Shown here in pieces: positions 1-9,913 of a stretch of 64,000 nucleotides of DNA (position 1 is its first letter; every line of letters begins with the position of its first letter). A program made the position numbers and the translations under genes. This stretch comes from Elusimicrobiota bacterium. GTDB taxonomy: Bacteria > Elusimicrobiota > Elusimicrobia > F11. The stretch spans positions 116,947-180,946 of the forward strand of contig JBJXGI010000042.1 in the NCBI GenBank assembly GCA_046153645.1, given 5' to 3'. Below the pieces are notes generated by a model, which saw only the letters and a list, made by a program, of their open reading frames with translations, had not been told where the DNA came from and made no database searches.

Positions 1-846
1 CATGCCTCCATAAATAAAATCAGCAGCGGCAATTTGCGCATATTTGGCAAAAGGATAAGCGGTCCCAATCTTCTTTGAGAAAAACTCCAACATTTTGGGG
101 GTTTTCCCAAAAGCCCTTTGTGTGTCGGCTTCTCGCCCCTTTTCGCAATAATAAGTTACAGGAATATGGCGCCATTTGTCTTTAAGTTCAGAAAATCGAC
201 CCACAGTGAGCGTCACCAAATAAGTCGCGTGTGGAATATCGTGCCGCCAATGAAATACTTCCTTTGATTTAGATTGTGATTTTTTAATGAGTTTTCCATT
301 AGAGACAGCTGTGAACCCATGAGGAACAGTGACAACAATTTCAGTGGTGGTCCTTTCATGAGGGGCATCATGACATGGGAACCAATAACGCGCATATTCA
401 TCTTCACCTTGAGTCCAAGCCTGCGTAGGATTTTTTGGATAGAACTTATTGGGTTTAACAAAATAAAGACCCATTTTTGGTTTGGTTACTGAATAATCAA
501 TATCAATGGTTACTATGGTTCCCGCTTTAACGGGAGTAAGCGCATTAACTGAAATTTTTCCATCTTTATAGCTATAAGTGACTTTTTTCCCATTCCAAAA
601 AATTCTTTCAATCTCAAAATGGACCGCATCAAAAGTCATTATAGAGACCCCATCAACAATGGCTTTTAACGTTGTTGTGCAACGGCCCCATAATTTTTCT
701 TTATTCAAATCTATCTCAATGGCCAACTTAATGTGTTCAGTATCGAAAGTTCGATCAGGAGCGTACGAAGCAGAAGACCCCTTTAAAGTAAAACGGGCAT
801 CCCAAGATCCAATTGATTTGCGACAAATATGCTGTTGTGTCATCAT
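1..846 (-). CDS. pepN: M1-family aminopeptidase (aminopeptidase N-like), N-terminal part; continues beyond the left edge
   Basis: Not in the ORF track; I translated it by hand. Open frame from ATG 846 (GAGGAGG upstream) to position 1: MMTQQHICRK...AWTQGEDEYARYWFPCHDAPHERTTTE...AVSNG...HATYLV...YPFAKYAQ...FIYGGM. The final GGM is the start of the GxMEN motif. Confidence 0.88.
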   Translation of the reverse strand, partial: MMTQQHICRKSIGSWDARFTLKGSSASYAPDRTFDTEHIKLAIEIDLNKEKLWGRCTTTLKAIVDGVSIMTFDAVHFEIERIFWNGKKVTYSYKDGKISVNALTPVKAGTIVTIDIDYSVTKPKMGLYFVKPNKFYPKNPTQAWTQGEDEYARYWFPCHDAPHERTTTEIVVTVPHGFTAVSNGKLIKKSQSKSKEVFHWRHDIPHATYLVTLTVGRFSELKDKWRHIPVTYYCEKGREADTQRAFGKTPKMLEFFSKKIGTAYPFAKYAQIAAADFIYGGM

Positions 847-946
847 GTCTGTTTCATCCTCCTCACCATTTGTTCCATTGAAAGGTACAAAATATAAAAT
901 TTTACCCTTGGCAGGGAAACAAAGAAGCCCGTAAACTATAGGCACA

Positions 947-1507
947 ATGTCCCGAAACCTGCTGATACTATTTAGTCTCTTGTTTTTTTCTCTTCCTCCT
1001 ATAACTCAAGGAGCAGAAAAGAGAACACATAAATCAATTCATATAAAAAAACTAACACAACAAATAAATTTCTTTATAGAAAAAAAGAATTATTTAGCAG
1101 CACTGAATACCAATTCCCAGCTTCTTAAACTTGATCCAAAAAACCGTTTTGCCCTTAAGCAGTCAAAATTGTTATCCCAAATTGTTTTTGAAAAAGAACT
1201 AAAAAACGCCGCATCAAAAGAAAAAAAAGGGGATCTTGAAGGGGCTCACCTTGCTTACACAAAAGCACTTTCTATTCAAAATAATGCCACCATCAAGAAA
1301 AAGACCGATGAATTAAATAAGTTATTAAAAAGTAAAAAAGAAAAAGAATCTGAGGCTATATACCTAAAAGCATTAGAAGCCTTTCAAAAAGGCGACACGA
1401 AGAAAGCATCTGTCCTTTGCGAACAAGCACTGATTGTTAATCCTAACAACATCTATGCCCAAAAAATGTCAGGGAAGCTTAAATTCCGAATTAACCACTC
1501 CAAATAA
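947..1507 (+). CDS. Secreted TPR-repeat protein
   Basis: N-terminal signal peptide; TPR-like helices (ALEAFQKGDTKKASVLCEQALIVNPNN; LKLDPKN). Confidence 0.7.
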   Translation: MSRNLLILFSLLFFSLPPITQGAEKRTHKSIHIKKLTQQINFFIEKKNYLAALNTNSQLLKLDPKNRFALKQSKLLSQIVFEKELKNAASKEKKGDLEGAHLAYTKALSIQNNATIKKKTDELNKLLKSKKEKESEAIYLKALEAFQKGDTKKASVLCEQALIVNPNNIYAQKMSGKLKFRINHSK

Positions 1508-1692
1508 AATATTTTTTGAGGATGCCCATCCTTGCAGAGAAGGGAATTTGGGTTATATTTTATATTTCTCAAAACTCGCCATTGACTTCTAGTAAGACAT
1601 GCCTAATAATCATTAAGGAAATTAGATAATCGCATGGTTGGTAATTTCGTTATCTATACTTCACGATTAAAAGCTGTAAATTTCGGAGGTCA

Positions 1693-2178
1693 ATGGCAAT
1701 GCAAAAACAATTATTTGGTTTTTTAAATGTCAAATTCAGGCTAAAAAGAGCGCTTGTGATATCGGCCGTTCTTTCGATTGTTTTTTTACAAACAAACTGT
1801 TATGCAGATGGTGAAATCATAACTTACCCACAAAAACTCGGAGATCCCATCAGTGCACTTGGTGAAGGTAGTATTAGTAAGTTTGCTATTTTTGATACAT
1901 GTGACGACGCTATTAAGACTGCCAAGGATTATTATTTCGGTGCGCTTACTAAAGTAGCGAGAGCTTGTCAGAACCTAGGTGGTCGAACTCAGTGGGGTCC
2001 GGAAGTGTTCAACCCGGGTCACAATACTTGTCGACAAGTAGAAGATCGACTTGTTCATACAAGATCCATAAACGGTACATGCGCAGAAGTTCATGTGGCA
2101 CCACCGCCACATGACGCGCCAATACAAGATCCGGTAAATCCAATGCCAACACCAACGCCAACACCAGAGATGTATTGA
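1693..2178 (+). CDS. Hypothetical secreted protein with several Cys and a Pro-rich C-terminal tail
   Basis: GGAGG RBS; hydrophobic signal-like segment; C-terminus PPPHDAPIQDPVNPMPTPTPTPEMY; followed by a terminator. Confidence 0.65.
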   Translation: MAMQKQLFGFLNVKFRLKRALVISAVLSIVFLQTNCYADGEIITYPQKLGDPISALGEGSISKFAIFDTCDDAIKTAKDYYFGALTKVARACQNLGGRTQWGPEVFNPGHNTCRQVEDRLVHTRSINGTCAEVHVAPPPHDAPIQDPVNPMPTPTPTPEMY

Positions 2179-2204
2179 TAAATCAAGTTTTGGTCAATCT
2201 TATT

Positions 2205-2240
2205 AAAGGGGAAGAAAAACTTAAATTTTTCTTCCCCTTT
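2205..2240 (+). terminator. Intrinsic terminator hairpin
   Basis: aaaggggaagaaaaa-cttaaa-tttttcttccccttt is a perfect 15-bp inverted repeat followed by T-rich sequence. Confidence 0.8.
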
Positions 2241-2317
2241 CTCTTTTATTTTAGAACACCAAAAATCATAAATCTCAAGGTTTCTATTTTCTAATTTAGT
2301 TAAACTTAAACGATCAA

Positions 2318-3697
2318 ATGAAAAATACAGAAAAAAATCACTTTTCGTTGTATTTCAATTATTTGTTTCTTATCTCATTGGTTTTACTGTTTTCATGGTG
2401 CTTTAGTTACGTTATCACTAGACTCCATATTATTCCACTAACTCTACTATTAATTACTTTAACCTTATGGTTTATAAAACCTAAATGTGCATTTGGATCA
2501 GTCCTATTTTTTGCGCCATTGCTCCCAAACTACCTCCAGAGCCCCTTAATAGAAGCGCATCTTTTACTTTTGTTTATCCTTTGGATATCTACAAATCAAA
2601 AAAAAATTGTCGATCATATGAGCCGTAATGCCATATTAAAATTTCTCACACTACTAATTGGATTCCATGTATTTATTTTCATTGTTTTAAACCCTGAAAC
2701 GGAAAATATTTTAATGAATTGGGTAAAAATTCCTTATTACATTTTTACAGATGCGGGTTGGGAAAATTTAAGTTTTAGGTTAAGTTTTACTATTCTAGAA
2801 ATTTACACGCTCATTCTTTTTATTCATTCCACCTTTAACAAAGATGATTTGAATTGGATTTCAAAAATTTTAATGGCTTCTTTTTTTATTGTATGTTTAG
2901 CGTCAATAAGACATAACAATATCCTCACCAATTGCACTTTTATCTCACCTCGAACCATTCGAATTAAAGCTCAGTTTACTCATCCGAATCTACTTGCTTC
3001 ATATTTGATAATGGTTATTCCCTTATTTTTTAACTGGATAAATAAATTTAAATTACTCTATTTCTTATTTTTCACTCTTGGTGTTATTGCGCTTATATTC
3101 ACTGGATCAATGGGTGGTGCTATTGCCTTTTTCATAGGAATTTTAATCTATTGTTTGTCTCTTGAAAAATTAAGAAGATCCCATATTTTTAAAATTCTGG
3201 TCATTTCTCTTATTTTTATTTTACTCATGATTAGTGGCAAGATTATTCATGAGAAGATTAAAAGTATTGGGCTTCAATCTGCTAGTCATGGCAGACTCTT
3301 TATTTGGCGAAGTGCCTTCTCGAGTATTAAAGAAAACCCCCTATTTGGAACTGGCCTAGGAACCTCTCATCAATCTATTAAAAAATATTATTTTTATCCT
3401 GAGGGAGGAGATCATTTATACCCTCATGCTCATAACATCTACATTGATGCGCTCCTTCAAACTGGGATATTAGGTGGAATTTTGTCATTCATTCCCTTTG
3501 GATATATATTCTGGAAGAAAAAAGGATTATTAAGAGATCAGAACACCTCAATAGAAAAAGCATTTTTTATTGGACTTATAAGCATACTCATACATAGTAT
3601 TTTTGACTCAACACCCTGTTTTTTCATTATTTCATTTTTAATGGCTATATTTTTTTCATTTTTATCCATGAATGAAAAAGTATTCCGGGAATCTTGA
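2318..3697 (+). CDS. O-antigen ligase / Wzy_C family membrane protein
   Basis: Multi-TM protein; motifs HPNLLASYL, GRLFIW...PLFGTGLG and HAHNIYI...QTGILG. Confidence 0.85.
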   Translation: MKNTEKNHFSLYFNYLFLISLVLLFSWCFSYVITRLHIIPLTLLLITLTLWFIKPKCAFGSVLFFAPLLPNYLQSPLIEAHLLLLFILWISTNQKKIVDHMSRNAILKFLTLLIGFHVFIFIVLNPETENILMNWVKIPYYIFTDAGWENLSFRLSFTILEIYTLILFIHSTFNKDDLNWISKILMASFFIVCLASIRHNNILTNCTFISPRTIRIKAQFTHPNLLASYLIMVIPLFFNWINKFKLLYFLFFTLGVIALIFTGSMGGAIAFFIGILIYCLSLEKLRRSHIFKILVISLIFILLMISGKIIHEKIKSIGLQSASHGRLFIWRSAFSSIKENPLFGTGLGTSHQSIKKYYFYPEGGDHLYPHAHNIYIDALLQTGILGGILSFIPFGYIFWKKKGLLRDQNTSIEKAFFIGLISILIHSIFDSTPCFFIISFLMAIFFSFLSMNEKVFRES

Positions 3698-3746
3698 GAT
3701 TCGTATTGAAAAATCAAAGCTATTCTAGTACGTTTATAGAACTTTC

Positions 3747-4937
3747 ATGTCAACTGAAATACCCCCTACAGCAGTACCAAGAAAAATGGTTCTTATTGTT
3801 GATGATGATCTCATCACCAGAGAATTATTCGCTGAATACTTAAGAGACAACGGCTTTGGAATTGTTTTAGCAGAAAATGGCAAAACCGCCTTAAAACTCA
3901 TTGATGAAAAACGCCCCGATATTATTCTTTTAGATGTCGTTTTACCTGACATGAGCGGTTATGACGTCATTAATGAACTAAAAACAAAACAACAAACAGC
4001 AAACATTCCTATCATCATGTGCACCGCCAACAACTCCAAACCTGAAGATAAAATTAAAGGGTTTAAATATGGAGCAGATGATTATCTGATTAAACCTTTT
4101 GAATTAGCCGAACTTCATGCTCGCATGCTGGCTGTGATGAGAAGATCACAAACAACAATCAAACCAGAAATGTTGAAAGGAATTTATGATGTACTTTCAA
4201 AAAAAAGTGAAGAGGTGCCTCTTGCTAAACCATCACCCGTCACTATTCCTGCGAATATAGCAACGCCACCAATAGAAGAAATAACACCTTTTGAAAGTAC
4301 TCGATCAGAAAAGATTGACACAAAATCTCATCAGAAAAAAATTAATTTATTTCACAGAATCTGGGAAATTCTAGTTTCCCCCAAAGAAGTTTTTAAATCT
4401 ATAAATCCAGAACGAGATTTTTTAATTTCGTTACTAATTGTTTTTTTAACACCATTTACGGATAGTTTGGCCCAACTATTTAAAGGAGCGTCTCATTTTG
4501 ATGCCTGGATTAGTTCAATTTCATTGGGATTGGTTATTAATGCCATTATGTGGATTGGAATAGGTGGAATATTAACTTTGGTTCTGCCTTTTTTTGGAAG
4601 ACACTTAGAAATGAAAGAGGCACTCATCTTATCAGGAATATCATGGGTCCCAAGACTTTTAGGCGCAATTTTAACAGCCATTTATGGATCAATACAAATT
4701 GTTTCCTATATGCTAGATCGGAAAGATTTTTCTGCAGGTATTGACCTCATTCCTTACTTGCCAAACAGTTCATGGGTTCAGTTTTTCTCTCAAGTGAGTG
4801 TTTTCGACCTCTGGTCGACTTGGCTTATTCTCTTAGGAATGTGGCATATGATCGACGAAGATACAGCAAAATGGAATATTGGGACAATTATTATTGGGGT
4901 TATATGTTTAGCCTTTGGTACCCTAACAACCTATTAA
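3747..4937 (+). CDS. Response-regulator receiver domain fused to a Yip1-family (YknW-like) membrane domain
   Basis: REC domain: VLIVDDD, IILLDVVLPDMSG, GADDYLIKPF. Pro-rich linker, then a Yip1-like region (ILVSPKEVFKSI, ~5 TMs, SWVPRLL, SVFDLWS). Confidence 0.8.
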   Translation: MSTEIPPTAVPRKMVLIVDDDLITRELFAEYLRDNGFGIVLAENGKTALKLIDEKRPDIILLDVVLPDMSGYDVINELKTKQQTANIPIIMCTANNSKPEDKIKGFKYGADDYLIKPFELAELHARMLAVMRRSQTTIKPEMLKGIYDVLSKKSEEVPLAKPSPVTIPANIATPPIEEITPFESTRSEKIDTKSHQKKINLFHRIWEILVSPKEVFKSINPERDFLISLLIVFLTPFTDSLAQLFKGASHFDAWISSISLGLVINAIMWIGIGGILTLVLPFFGRHLEMKEALILSGISWVPRLLGAILTAIYGSIQIVSYMLDRKDFSAGIDLIPYLPNSSWVQFFSQVSVFDLWSTWLILLGMWHMIDEDTAKWNIGTIIIGVICLAFGTLTTY

Positions 4938-4938
4938 A

Positions 4939-6423
4939 ATGATGAAAACGATGAAACCTTACAAAAGTTTTCTGATTTATTTGAGTTATACATTATTTAT
5001 TTTCTCTCAATTATTATCCGCGTCAGATTCAAAAGACGCCTCAATCCATCCCATTTCAATTGAAGAATTCACAAAAAAAGCTCTCCAAAACAGTCGTCGA
5101 TTTGAATCCGCAGTTGATTCTCTAGAAAGTTCTCGTTATGGACTTCTAGAAACGACCCGAGGATTAACTTGGCCAACACTCTCAGCCTCTGCAGAAACCA
5201 ATAAATCTTTCAGTGATAATGATCTGGGAAGCGAAACGACCACGAAATCAAATGAAGGCTCACTCAGCTTAACGCAGCCGGTACTGACCGGAACCCTTTT
5301 GTCTTTAAGCAGTACTTGGAGTCAGTCAGATGCTGACACAGAATATTTAAACGACACAACCCATTCGAAAACTCGACTAAAACCAAGTTGGACAGCATCT
5401 ATTAAACAACCTCTTTATATCTTTAATCGGAACAATTCACTGAGAACCAGAAAACAAGCCCTTATTCAATGGGCCTCTAACCGTTCTAACTATCAAGCTG
5501 AATCACTGGGAATTGAATTTGATGCTCGTGTTACCTACTATAATTTACTTTTATTACAGGAAAGCTCCGCCGTAGAAAAGAGAAAATTGGAATCAGCAAA
5601 ACTTGTTTATAAAGTCACCAAAGCTTTGGTGAATGCTGGGAAATTAGCTGAAGTTGAATCAACCCGGGCTGACCTTCGTATGAATCGAGATTTGAGACGA
5701 ATTCAGAATTCTGACTATAACTTAGAAAAAGCTTTCAATGAAGCACGCGACTTTATTCGACTTCCCATCAACAGTAAAATTATTCTCACCTCAAAGTTAA
5801 CCTATATTCCATTTACTTGGGATGAAAATGAACTCATCAAGATTGCCTTAGAAAACAATCCGCAGTTATTAAACTCCAAACGGAACCTGGAACTTTCTGA
5901 AATAAATTTGGCCCAAACAAAAGAAAGCAATAAACTAAAACTAACAGCCAGCGGCTCATATTCCAAAACTCGAAATCGCTCAGACTTAAACGCGCCCCTC
6001 GATCCCTATTCGTGGACACTGGGCTTGGGTGCTACCTGGCCCTTATTTGATGCGACTCAGACAAAACTGAATGTTAAGCAGAGCCAACTTTCTTTAAAAA
6101 ACACCCATAGAAGCTACGAAAAACAAGAAAGCCAATTAAAAATTGATATCAAAAATTCGGTCCTCGAAATTAAAAGAACAGAAACACAAATAAAAGAATT
6201 CGCCGAACAAAAAAAGAATGCGGAACAAAATGTAGAAGCCATGCGTCTTCAATACAGAAATGGACTAACACGTCTCACCGATGTCTTTGACGCAGAAAAC
6301 GAAATGCGGGATTTGGATTTAGAATACCTAAATTTACTCGTTAACTATAACCGCTCTAAGGATAATCTCAAAGTGCTTGTCGGCCTAGATTTTGAACAAG
6401 TTAATTTTGGAAATAAAAAATGA
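4939..6423 (+). CDS. tolC: TolC-family outer-membrane efflux protein
   Basis: Signal peptide; duplicated OEP pattern (YYNLL, ALENNPQL, WPLFD, QYRNGLTRLTDVFDAE). Confidence 0.85.
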   Translation: MMKTMKPYKSFLIYLSYTLFIFSQLLSASDSKDASIHPISIEEFTKKALQNSRRFESAVDSLESSRYGLLETTRGLTWPTLSASAETNKSFSDNDLGSETTTKSNEGSLSLTQPVLTGTLLSLSSTWSQSDADTEYLNDTTHSKTRLKPSWTASIKQPLYIFNRNNSLRTRKQALIQWASNRSNYQAESLGIEFDARVTYYNLLLLQESSAVEKRKLESAKLVYKVTKALVNAGKLAEVESTRADLRMNRDLRRIQNSDYNLEKAFNEARDFIRLPINSKIILTSKLTYIPFTWDENELIKIALENNPQLLNSKRNLELSEINLAQTKESNKLKLTASGSYSKTRNRSDLNAPLDPYSWTLGLGATWPLFDATQTKLNVKQSQLSLKNTHRSYEKQESQLKIDIKNSVLEIKRTETQIKEFAEQKKNAEQNVEAMRLQYRNGLTRLTDVFDAENEMRDLDLEYLNLLVNYNRSKDNLKVLVGLDFEQVNFGNKK

Positions 6424-7475
6424 AAGTTATTCTAAAAACATTAGGAATTTTTTTCGTATGCGGTGTATTGCTCGGACTCAATTTTTATAGAGACATAAAA
6501 AACACATCAACAAAAATGAAATGGTTTACAGTTGAACAAAAAAATCTTTATAGAGGAGTGGCATCTCCAGGAATTATTGAGGCTTTAAATATTAGCGTTA
6601 TTAAATCCCAAGTTGACGAATTTGTTCAAAAAAAATGGGTAAACGAGGGTGATCCAGTAAAAAAAGGGCAAGTACTCATGGAATTAACTCAAGATAAAAT
6701 TCGTATTGATTATGATCAAAGTCAACTAAACTACAACAACACTATTAATGAATATAAAAAAGCTCTTAGAGAATTTACCATTCAAAAAAAGTTGTTTATG
6801 AGTAAAGCGGTTGCCAAAGCCCAAGTAGAAGAAGCTGAACGAAACGTAGAGAGATCAAAATCAAGCAGAGATATTTCAGCGCAACAATTTAAATTAGTTG
6901 AAGAAAAATTAAAAAGTACCACAGTCTTAAGCCCGATAGATGGGATTGTTTTAAAAGATCATACCAAGCCCGATATTCCAATTACTTCCGGGAAAGAATT
7001 ATTTACAATAGGCGACGTCTCTCAATTCATTGTTCGTACAAAAATAGATGAATTAGACATGAACCAAATTAAACTGGGCTTACCAACAGCAATACAAGTA
7101 GACGCCTTCCCCGATAAAAAAATAGAAGGTGTTGTTAAATCCATCGCTACTCAGGCAGAAAGAGAAGCTTTCGCGAAATTAGAAGTATTGATTGATATTG
7201 TTGATGATGGTGGCGTACAACTCAAACACAATCTTTCTGTAAAAACAATTATCAGAAGTGAAGAGATTCCCAATGCTATTGGGATTCCCGTTCCTGCCAT
7301 TATTAGAAAAAAAGGAAATCAAGGATGGGTTTTAGTTAAAAATACATGGAACCTCATCCAAGAAAAAACCGTGGAATTAGGATCTCCTGCAGGAGAACTC
7401 ATTGAAATTAAATCAGGACTTAAATCTGGAGATGAAGTAGGAATTCCTTCTATCGGTGAAGCGGATTTAAAATGA
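6420..7475 (+). CDS. Periplasmic adaptor (membrane fusion protein, MacA/YknX-like)
   Basis: N-terminal TM; lipoyl half-motifs VNEGDPVKKGQVL and VLSPIDGIV; IDELDM; C-terminal GLKSGDEV. Confidence 0.88.
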   Translation: MKVILKTLGIFFVCGVLLGLNFYRDIKNTSTKMKWFTVEQKNLYRGVASPGIIEALNISVIKSQVDEFVQKKWVNEGDPVKKGQVLMELTQDKIRIDYDQSQLNYNNTINEYKKALREFTIQKKLFMSKAVAKAQVEEAERNVERSKSSRDISAQQFKLVEEKLKSTTVLSPIDGIVLKDHTKPDIPITSGKELFTIGDVSQFIVRTKIDELDMNQIKLGLPTAIQVDAFPDKKIEGVVKSIATQAEREAFAKLEVLIDIVDDGGVQLKHNLSVKTIIRSEEIPNAIGIPVPAIIRKKGNQGWVLVKNTWNLIQEKTVELGSPAGELIEIKSGLKSGDEVGIPSIGEADLK

Positions 7476-8170
7476 CCTCTCCTGCTCTGGTCCTCAATAA
7501 CATTTACAAAAAATTTTTAGCAGGCTCTCAAGAACAAGTTATTTTAAAAGGAATAAATATCACCATTCATTTGGGAGAATATGTCGCCATTACAGGCCCC
7601 TCTGGTTCAGGAAAATCAACTCTCATGAATTTATTGGGTTGCTTAGACTTACCTTCTTCTGGTGAACTCTCTATGATGGGTGAAAATGTGTGCAATTTAA
7701 ATGATAACAACCTTTCTGAGTTGAGAGCGAAAACGCTTGGCTTCGTATTTCAACGATTTCATTTATTACCTCACTATGACGCCAGGAACAATGTTGCCCT
7801 CTCCATGGTTTATAGTGGTCGTTTAAATCGATTAGAACGCGCTGAAGAATTATTAACACAATTGGGGCTCGGACACCGACTTTATTCAAAACCTCAAACA
7901 CTCTCAGGGGGTGAGCAACAAAGAGTTGCTATAGCCCGCGCACTTTCAAATGACCCACCCATTTTATTAGCGGACGAACCCACAGGGGCTTTAGATCAAA
8001 CCAATGGGAAAGCCATACTAAAAATATTTGACGATCTTAATCGTTTAGGCAGAACCATTATTGTTGTGACTCATGACCCACATGTGGCTTCATGTGCAAA
8101 AAGAGTTATTAATATCGTCGATGGAAAAATTGAAAGAGACGTTTTAAACAAAAATCATGGAACGCTTTAA
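7472..8170 (+). CDS. ABC transporter ATPase (MacB/LolD-like)
   Basis: Walker A GPSGSGKST; LSGGEQQRVAIARAL; ADEPTGALD; VTHD. Confidence 0.95.
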   Translation: MTSPALVLNNIYKKFLAGSQEQVILKGINITIHLGEYVAITGPSGSGKSTLMNLLGCLDLPSSGELSMMGENVCNLNDNNLSELRAKTLGFVFQRFHLLPHYDARNNVALSMVYSGRLNRLERAEELLTQLGLGHRLYSKPQTLSGGEQQRVAIARALSNDPPILLADEPTGALDQTNGKAILKIFDDLNRLGRTIIVVTHDPHVASCAKRVINIVDGKIERDVLNKNHGTL

Positions 8171-9350
8171 AGAAGCTCTTGCAACTGCGTTTTTTAATCT
8201 CATTAACAATCCCATTCGATCGTTTTTATCCGTGTTAGGCGTGGTCATAGGAATTGCAGCCGTGATATCCGTGTTAGCTGTCGGAGCTGGCGCTAGAAAA
8301 AAAATAATGGACAATATGGATAATCAAAGTGTATTAACTTTTTTCCTTTACACCAAATATGACGAAGCAACTTCTCGAATGGGGAAAATAGAGCCAAGTG
8401 ATATCGAGAAGATAAAACAAGTTCCACTGGTTATCTCGGTTCTGCCTAACATTAATTTATATCGAGAAATTAGAAGTAGAGAAAAATTAAACTATGTCAC
8501 CATCAAAGGAATTGATGAGGAATATTTAAAATCAAAAAAATTTCAAATCCTCTATGGAAGAAATATTTCTCCTATAGAAATGGAGCATCGTTCACCTGTA
8601 TGTTTGATGAGTGAAGCGGCAACTCATTTATTTTTCCCTGAAGAAAACACTCTTTCTCAAAACATTTTTTTTAATGAAAACGCATTCCAAGTGATTGGTA
8701 GTTATAAACGAAGTGCGACAAAGAAAAGTAACTCCGAGGATCTCGAAATTTTGGTTCCTTACACTCTTCTTCTAAGAATGTCGCAAGATGTTTCTATTCA
8801 AAATCTGGAAATAACAATGAAACCAGAAGCTGGATTGGAAGCCAAGGATAGTTTATTAGACGCTATGAGCAGAGGAGAAAAAGATTTAAAAAATCTCTTT
8901 TCCATCCGCGATGAAAAAGAAATTTACGAAAGAAGTCTTTCCATTCGGAAAACCATGTCTATGGTGGGGGTTTTTGTCGCAGGCATATCTTTATTGGTTG
9001 GTGGAATTGGAATGATGAATGTTATGCTTACCTCTGTTGCAGAGCGAACCAGAGAAATTGGTTTACGAAGAGCTGTGGGTGCTCGAAAAAAAGATATTTT
9101 AATTCAATTTTTGGTGGAAAGTTGTGTTCTCAGTTCTCTTGGGGCTGGGCTTGGATTATTATTGGGATCGGCTTTAACAAAAGGATTGCCTGTCATGATA
9201 AAGTCTCTCGAATCAGCAGCGCCAAAAATTGAAGTCAGTTATTTATGGTTGGCAGGAATTTGCGGCATGATCATGGGAATTGTTTTTGGACTTTACCCAG
9301 CTATCAAGGCCTCGAAGCTGTCTCCCGCTGAAGCGCTTCGGAGTGAATAA
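8157..9350 (+). CDS. MacB-type ABC transporter permease
   Basis: RSFLSVLGVVIGIAAV; GGIGMMNVMLTSVAERTREIGLRRAVGA; YPAIKASKLSPAEALR. Confidence 0.93.
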   Translation: MERFKEALATAFFNLINNPIRSFLSVLGVVIGIAAVISVLAVGAGARKKIMDNMDNQSVLTFFLYTKYDEATSRMGKIEPSDIEKIKQVPLVISVLPNINLYREIRSREKLNYVTIKGIDEEYLKSKKFQILYGRNISPIEMEHRSPVCLMSEAATHLFFPEENTLSQNIFFNENAFQVIGSYKRSATKKSNSEDLEILVPYTLLLRMSQDVSIQNLEITMKPEAGLEAKDSLLDAMSRGEKDLKNLFSIRDEKEIYERSLSIRKTMSMVGVFVAGISLLVGGIGMMNVMLTSVAERTREIGLRRAVGARKKDILIQFLVESCVLSSLGAGLGLLLGSALTKGLPVMIKSLESAAPKIEVSYLWLAGICGMIMGIVFGLYPAIKASKLSPAEALRSE

Positions 9351-9684
9351 CTTCTTTTAGTGCAGAAGACAAAGCACGGTCTAATTTACACCACTCCTTA
9401 ATATAAAGACCATATAACTTTTGAGACCCTTCTTGTGTTTTCCATTTAACATCACAAAGACAAATTGATTCATGCCCTTTATAATAAAGAATCACACTTA
9501 ATATAGACCCGACAGGAACATTATAAGGAACTTTCAAACGCATTCCTTTCATTGATACATCTAAAGCATGGCCTGCTACAACAGCTTCAAAAGGCGAAAA
9601 AACAGGATCGTCTCCAAGATTCAGTAAATCAACATTAAACTGTCCTTCAAACCTTGGGTGTTCACGTCGATTTTTTGGATCCAT
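9304..9684 (-). CDS. Stand-alone PilZ-domain (c-di-GMP receptor) protein
   Basis: RREHPR (RxxxR) and DVSMKG (DxSxxG). Start reassigned to ATG 9684, which follows CAGGAGG. Confidence 0.82.
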   Translation of the reverse strand: MDPKNRREHPRFEGQFNVDLLNLGDDPVFSPFEAVVAGHALDVSMKGMRLKVPYNVPVGSILSVILYYKGHESICLCDVKWKTQEGSQKLYGLYIKEWCKLDRALSSALKEVIHSEALQRETASRP

Positions 9685-9733
9685 TCTACTGACCTCCTGA
9701 TGAACTTTCATAATATCACCATAATGGAAAGCC

Positions 9734-9773
9734 GTGACAAAAGCGTGACAAAATTCTGAAATCTATGTGATAA
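9734..9773 (-). promoter_or_regulatory. 11-bp-phased direct repeats (Pho-box/OmpR-PhoB-like) upstream of the PilZ gene
   Basis: On + strand: GTGACAA at 9734 and 9745, a degenerate copy at 9756 and GTGATAA at 9767. The minus strand reads TTGTCAC-N4-TTGTCAC. Confidence 0.5.
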
Positions 9774-9858
9774 AAAAAGGAGGTTTTAATGATATTTATT
9801 AATTCAATCCATCATTTGGGTATGTTTTTATCAAAGGTTCATACTCGCTGGAAATAAA

Positions 9859-9893
9859 AAACTCCTCTTCATGTTTATATGAAGAGGAGTTTC
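9859..9893 (-). terminator. Intrinsic terminator after gyrA
   Basis: aaactcctcttcat-gtttat-atgaagaggagttt inverted repeat; U-tract on the minus strand. Confidence 0.82.
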
Positions 9894-9913
9894 TTATGAA
9901 ACTTAAAAAGAAA

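Noticed and set aside
213..934. ORF-track entries 213..461(-) and 578..934(+)
   Set aside because: Both are shadows of the real minus-strand aminopeptidase frame (846 to <1).
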